From Vicugna vicugna (lineage: Eukaryota), in contig MU062380.1 of the NCBI GenBank assembly GCA_013265495.1, forward strand, positions 7,134,542-7,198,541: a stretch of DNA of 64,000 nucleotides, read 5' to 3'. Positions 63,360 to 64,000 of the stretch are shown in pieces (position 1 is the stretch's first letter; the number at the start of each line of letters is the position of its first letter). The notes below the pieces were generated by a model. The model was not told where the DNA came from. It did no database searches and saw only the letters and a program-made list of their open reading frames with translations. A program made the translations under genes and the position numbers.

Positions 63360-63460
63360 TTTGCTTTGTGCCAGGAACCATGCCAGGAGACGTGCATGAA
63401 GAAGACGCAGCTCCTGTCCTTCAGGAAAAACTGATGTTTCAGGGAAGAGCCCACATTAAT
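63360..63460 (-). mobile_element. L2 3' fragment
   Basis: ctttgtgccaggaaccatgccagg...cagctcctgtccttcagga. Confidence 0.5.
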
Positions 63461-64000
63461 AAGGCATTACTCACTTTTTTCTTCCATTTCCATGTCAAAG
63501 AGAGATCCATCATCAATGGAAAGGTAGTTTACATTTTTTTTCCCTTTTCTGAAGGTAATACTCAGACTCAGCTTCAAAGAAGTTTTGTTGAAGAAAGGCA
63601 TTTCCAGGGCAGTTTTTTTAACCAAAAACACCTGTGCACCCTTCAGCTGTCTGACAGTCCTTGCTCTAGGGAAGCTGAAGGCCAAAGGACACTGGCTGCT
63701 GCTAGCCTGCTAAGCACCCAGCACAAGGCTCTGCCTCTGGGGGCATTCACTAAATGTTTGTAGACTGACAGAGGCCTGAAGGTCAGTAAGGATGCGCCTT
63801 TGTCATGCAGCTTGTGAGCTGGAGATGTCCATACAACCAACTGAGTGGGATGGAGGAATAACATTGAAAAACAAGTTACTAGAAGTCTAGAGGAGTATAA
63901 AGTCGGAGAGAAAAAAAAATAGTGTCAATTATACTCTCTCCCCTGGATGTCATTAAGCGCGTAGCTTACACAGCTGATGAAGGTCGGTTCTCCCTCATTT

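Noticed and set aside
1-64000. miRNA, snoRNA, tRNA or other structured RNA gene
   Set aside because: I recognised no mature miRNA, C/D or H/ACA box arrangement or cloverleaf by eye. This is not exhaustive; Infernal/Rfam and miRBase searches, including the masked bases, are needed.
1-64000. Prokaryotic systems (CRISPR, operons, defence islands, IS elements)
   Set aside because: The sequence is mammalian: dense MIR/L2/L1/LTR content, CpG depletion and no gene-length ORFs.

Overview
This is eukaryotic, AT-rich, CpG-depleted mammalian genomic DNA, not a prokaryotic window. There are no operons, CRISPR arrays, rRNA or tRNA genes, and no protein-coding gene I can recognise. The young L1 3' ends (29.5, 42.6 and 61.8 kb) resemble cetartiodactyl, specifically camelid, L1 tails. 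I saw no Bov-tA/Bov-A2, PRE1 or CHR2 SINEs, so a camel/alpaca-type genome is my inference. Much of the window is old interspersed repeat: L2, MIR, L3/CR1, L1ME/L1MA-MB, MaLR/ERVL and ERV1 LTRs, MER5 and MER8. The six N runs lie mostly inside repeats and look like hard-masking. Nearly all ORFs in the supplied track are chance ORFs; three are decayed L1 ORF1/ORF2 remnants. The most interesting non-repeat signals are: (1) a motif-dense block at 1.2-3.4 kb (ISRE, CRE-like sites, possible CTCF site) overlapping what look like the last two exons of a minus-strand spliced transcript; (2) a GC/CpG-enriched element at 26.1-26.65 kb with splice donors pointing both ways; (3) a small CpG cluster at 57.2 kb with a ZNF143-type ACTACAATTCC motif and a donor; (4) short minus-strand exon candidates with consensus splice sites; (5) an HRE-like palindrome cluster at 34.7 kb. 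Transposon structures are the best-supported results: a three-layer LTR/LTR/L1 nest with exact TSDs, two 5'-inverted L1s, and one L1 with a perfect 14-bp TSD. Repeat family names are from my recall of consensus sequences and need RepeatMasker/Dfam confirmation. The lncRNA and regulatory models are hypotheses.
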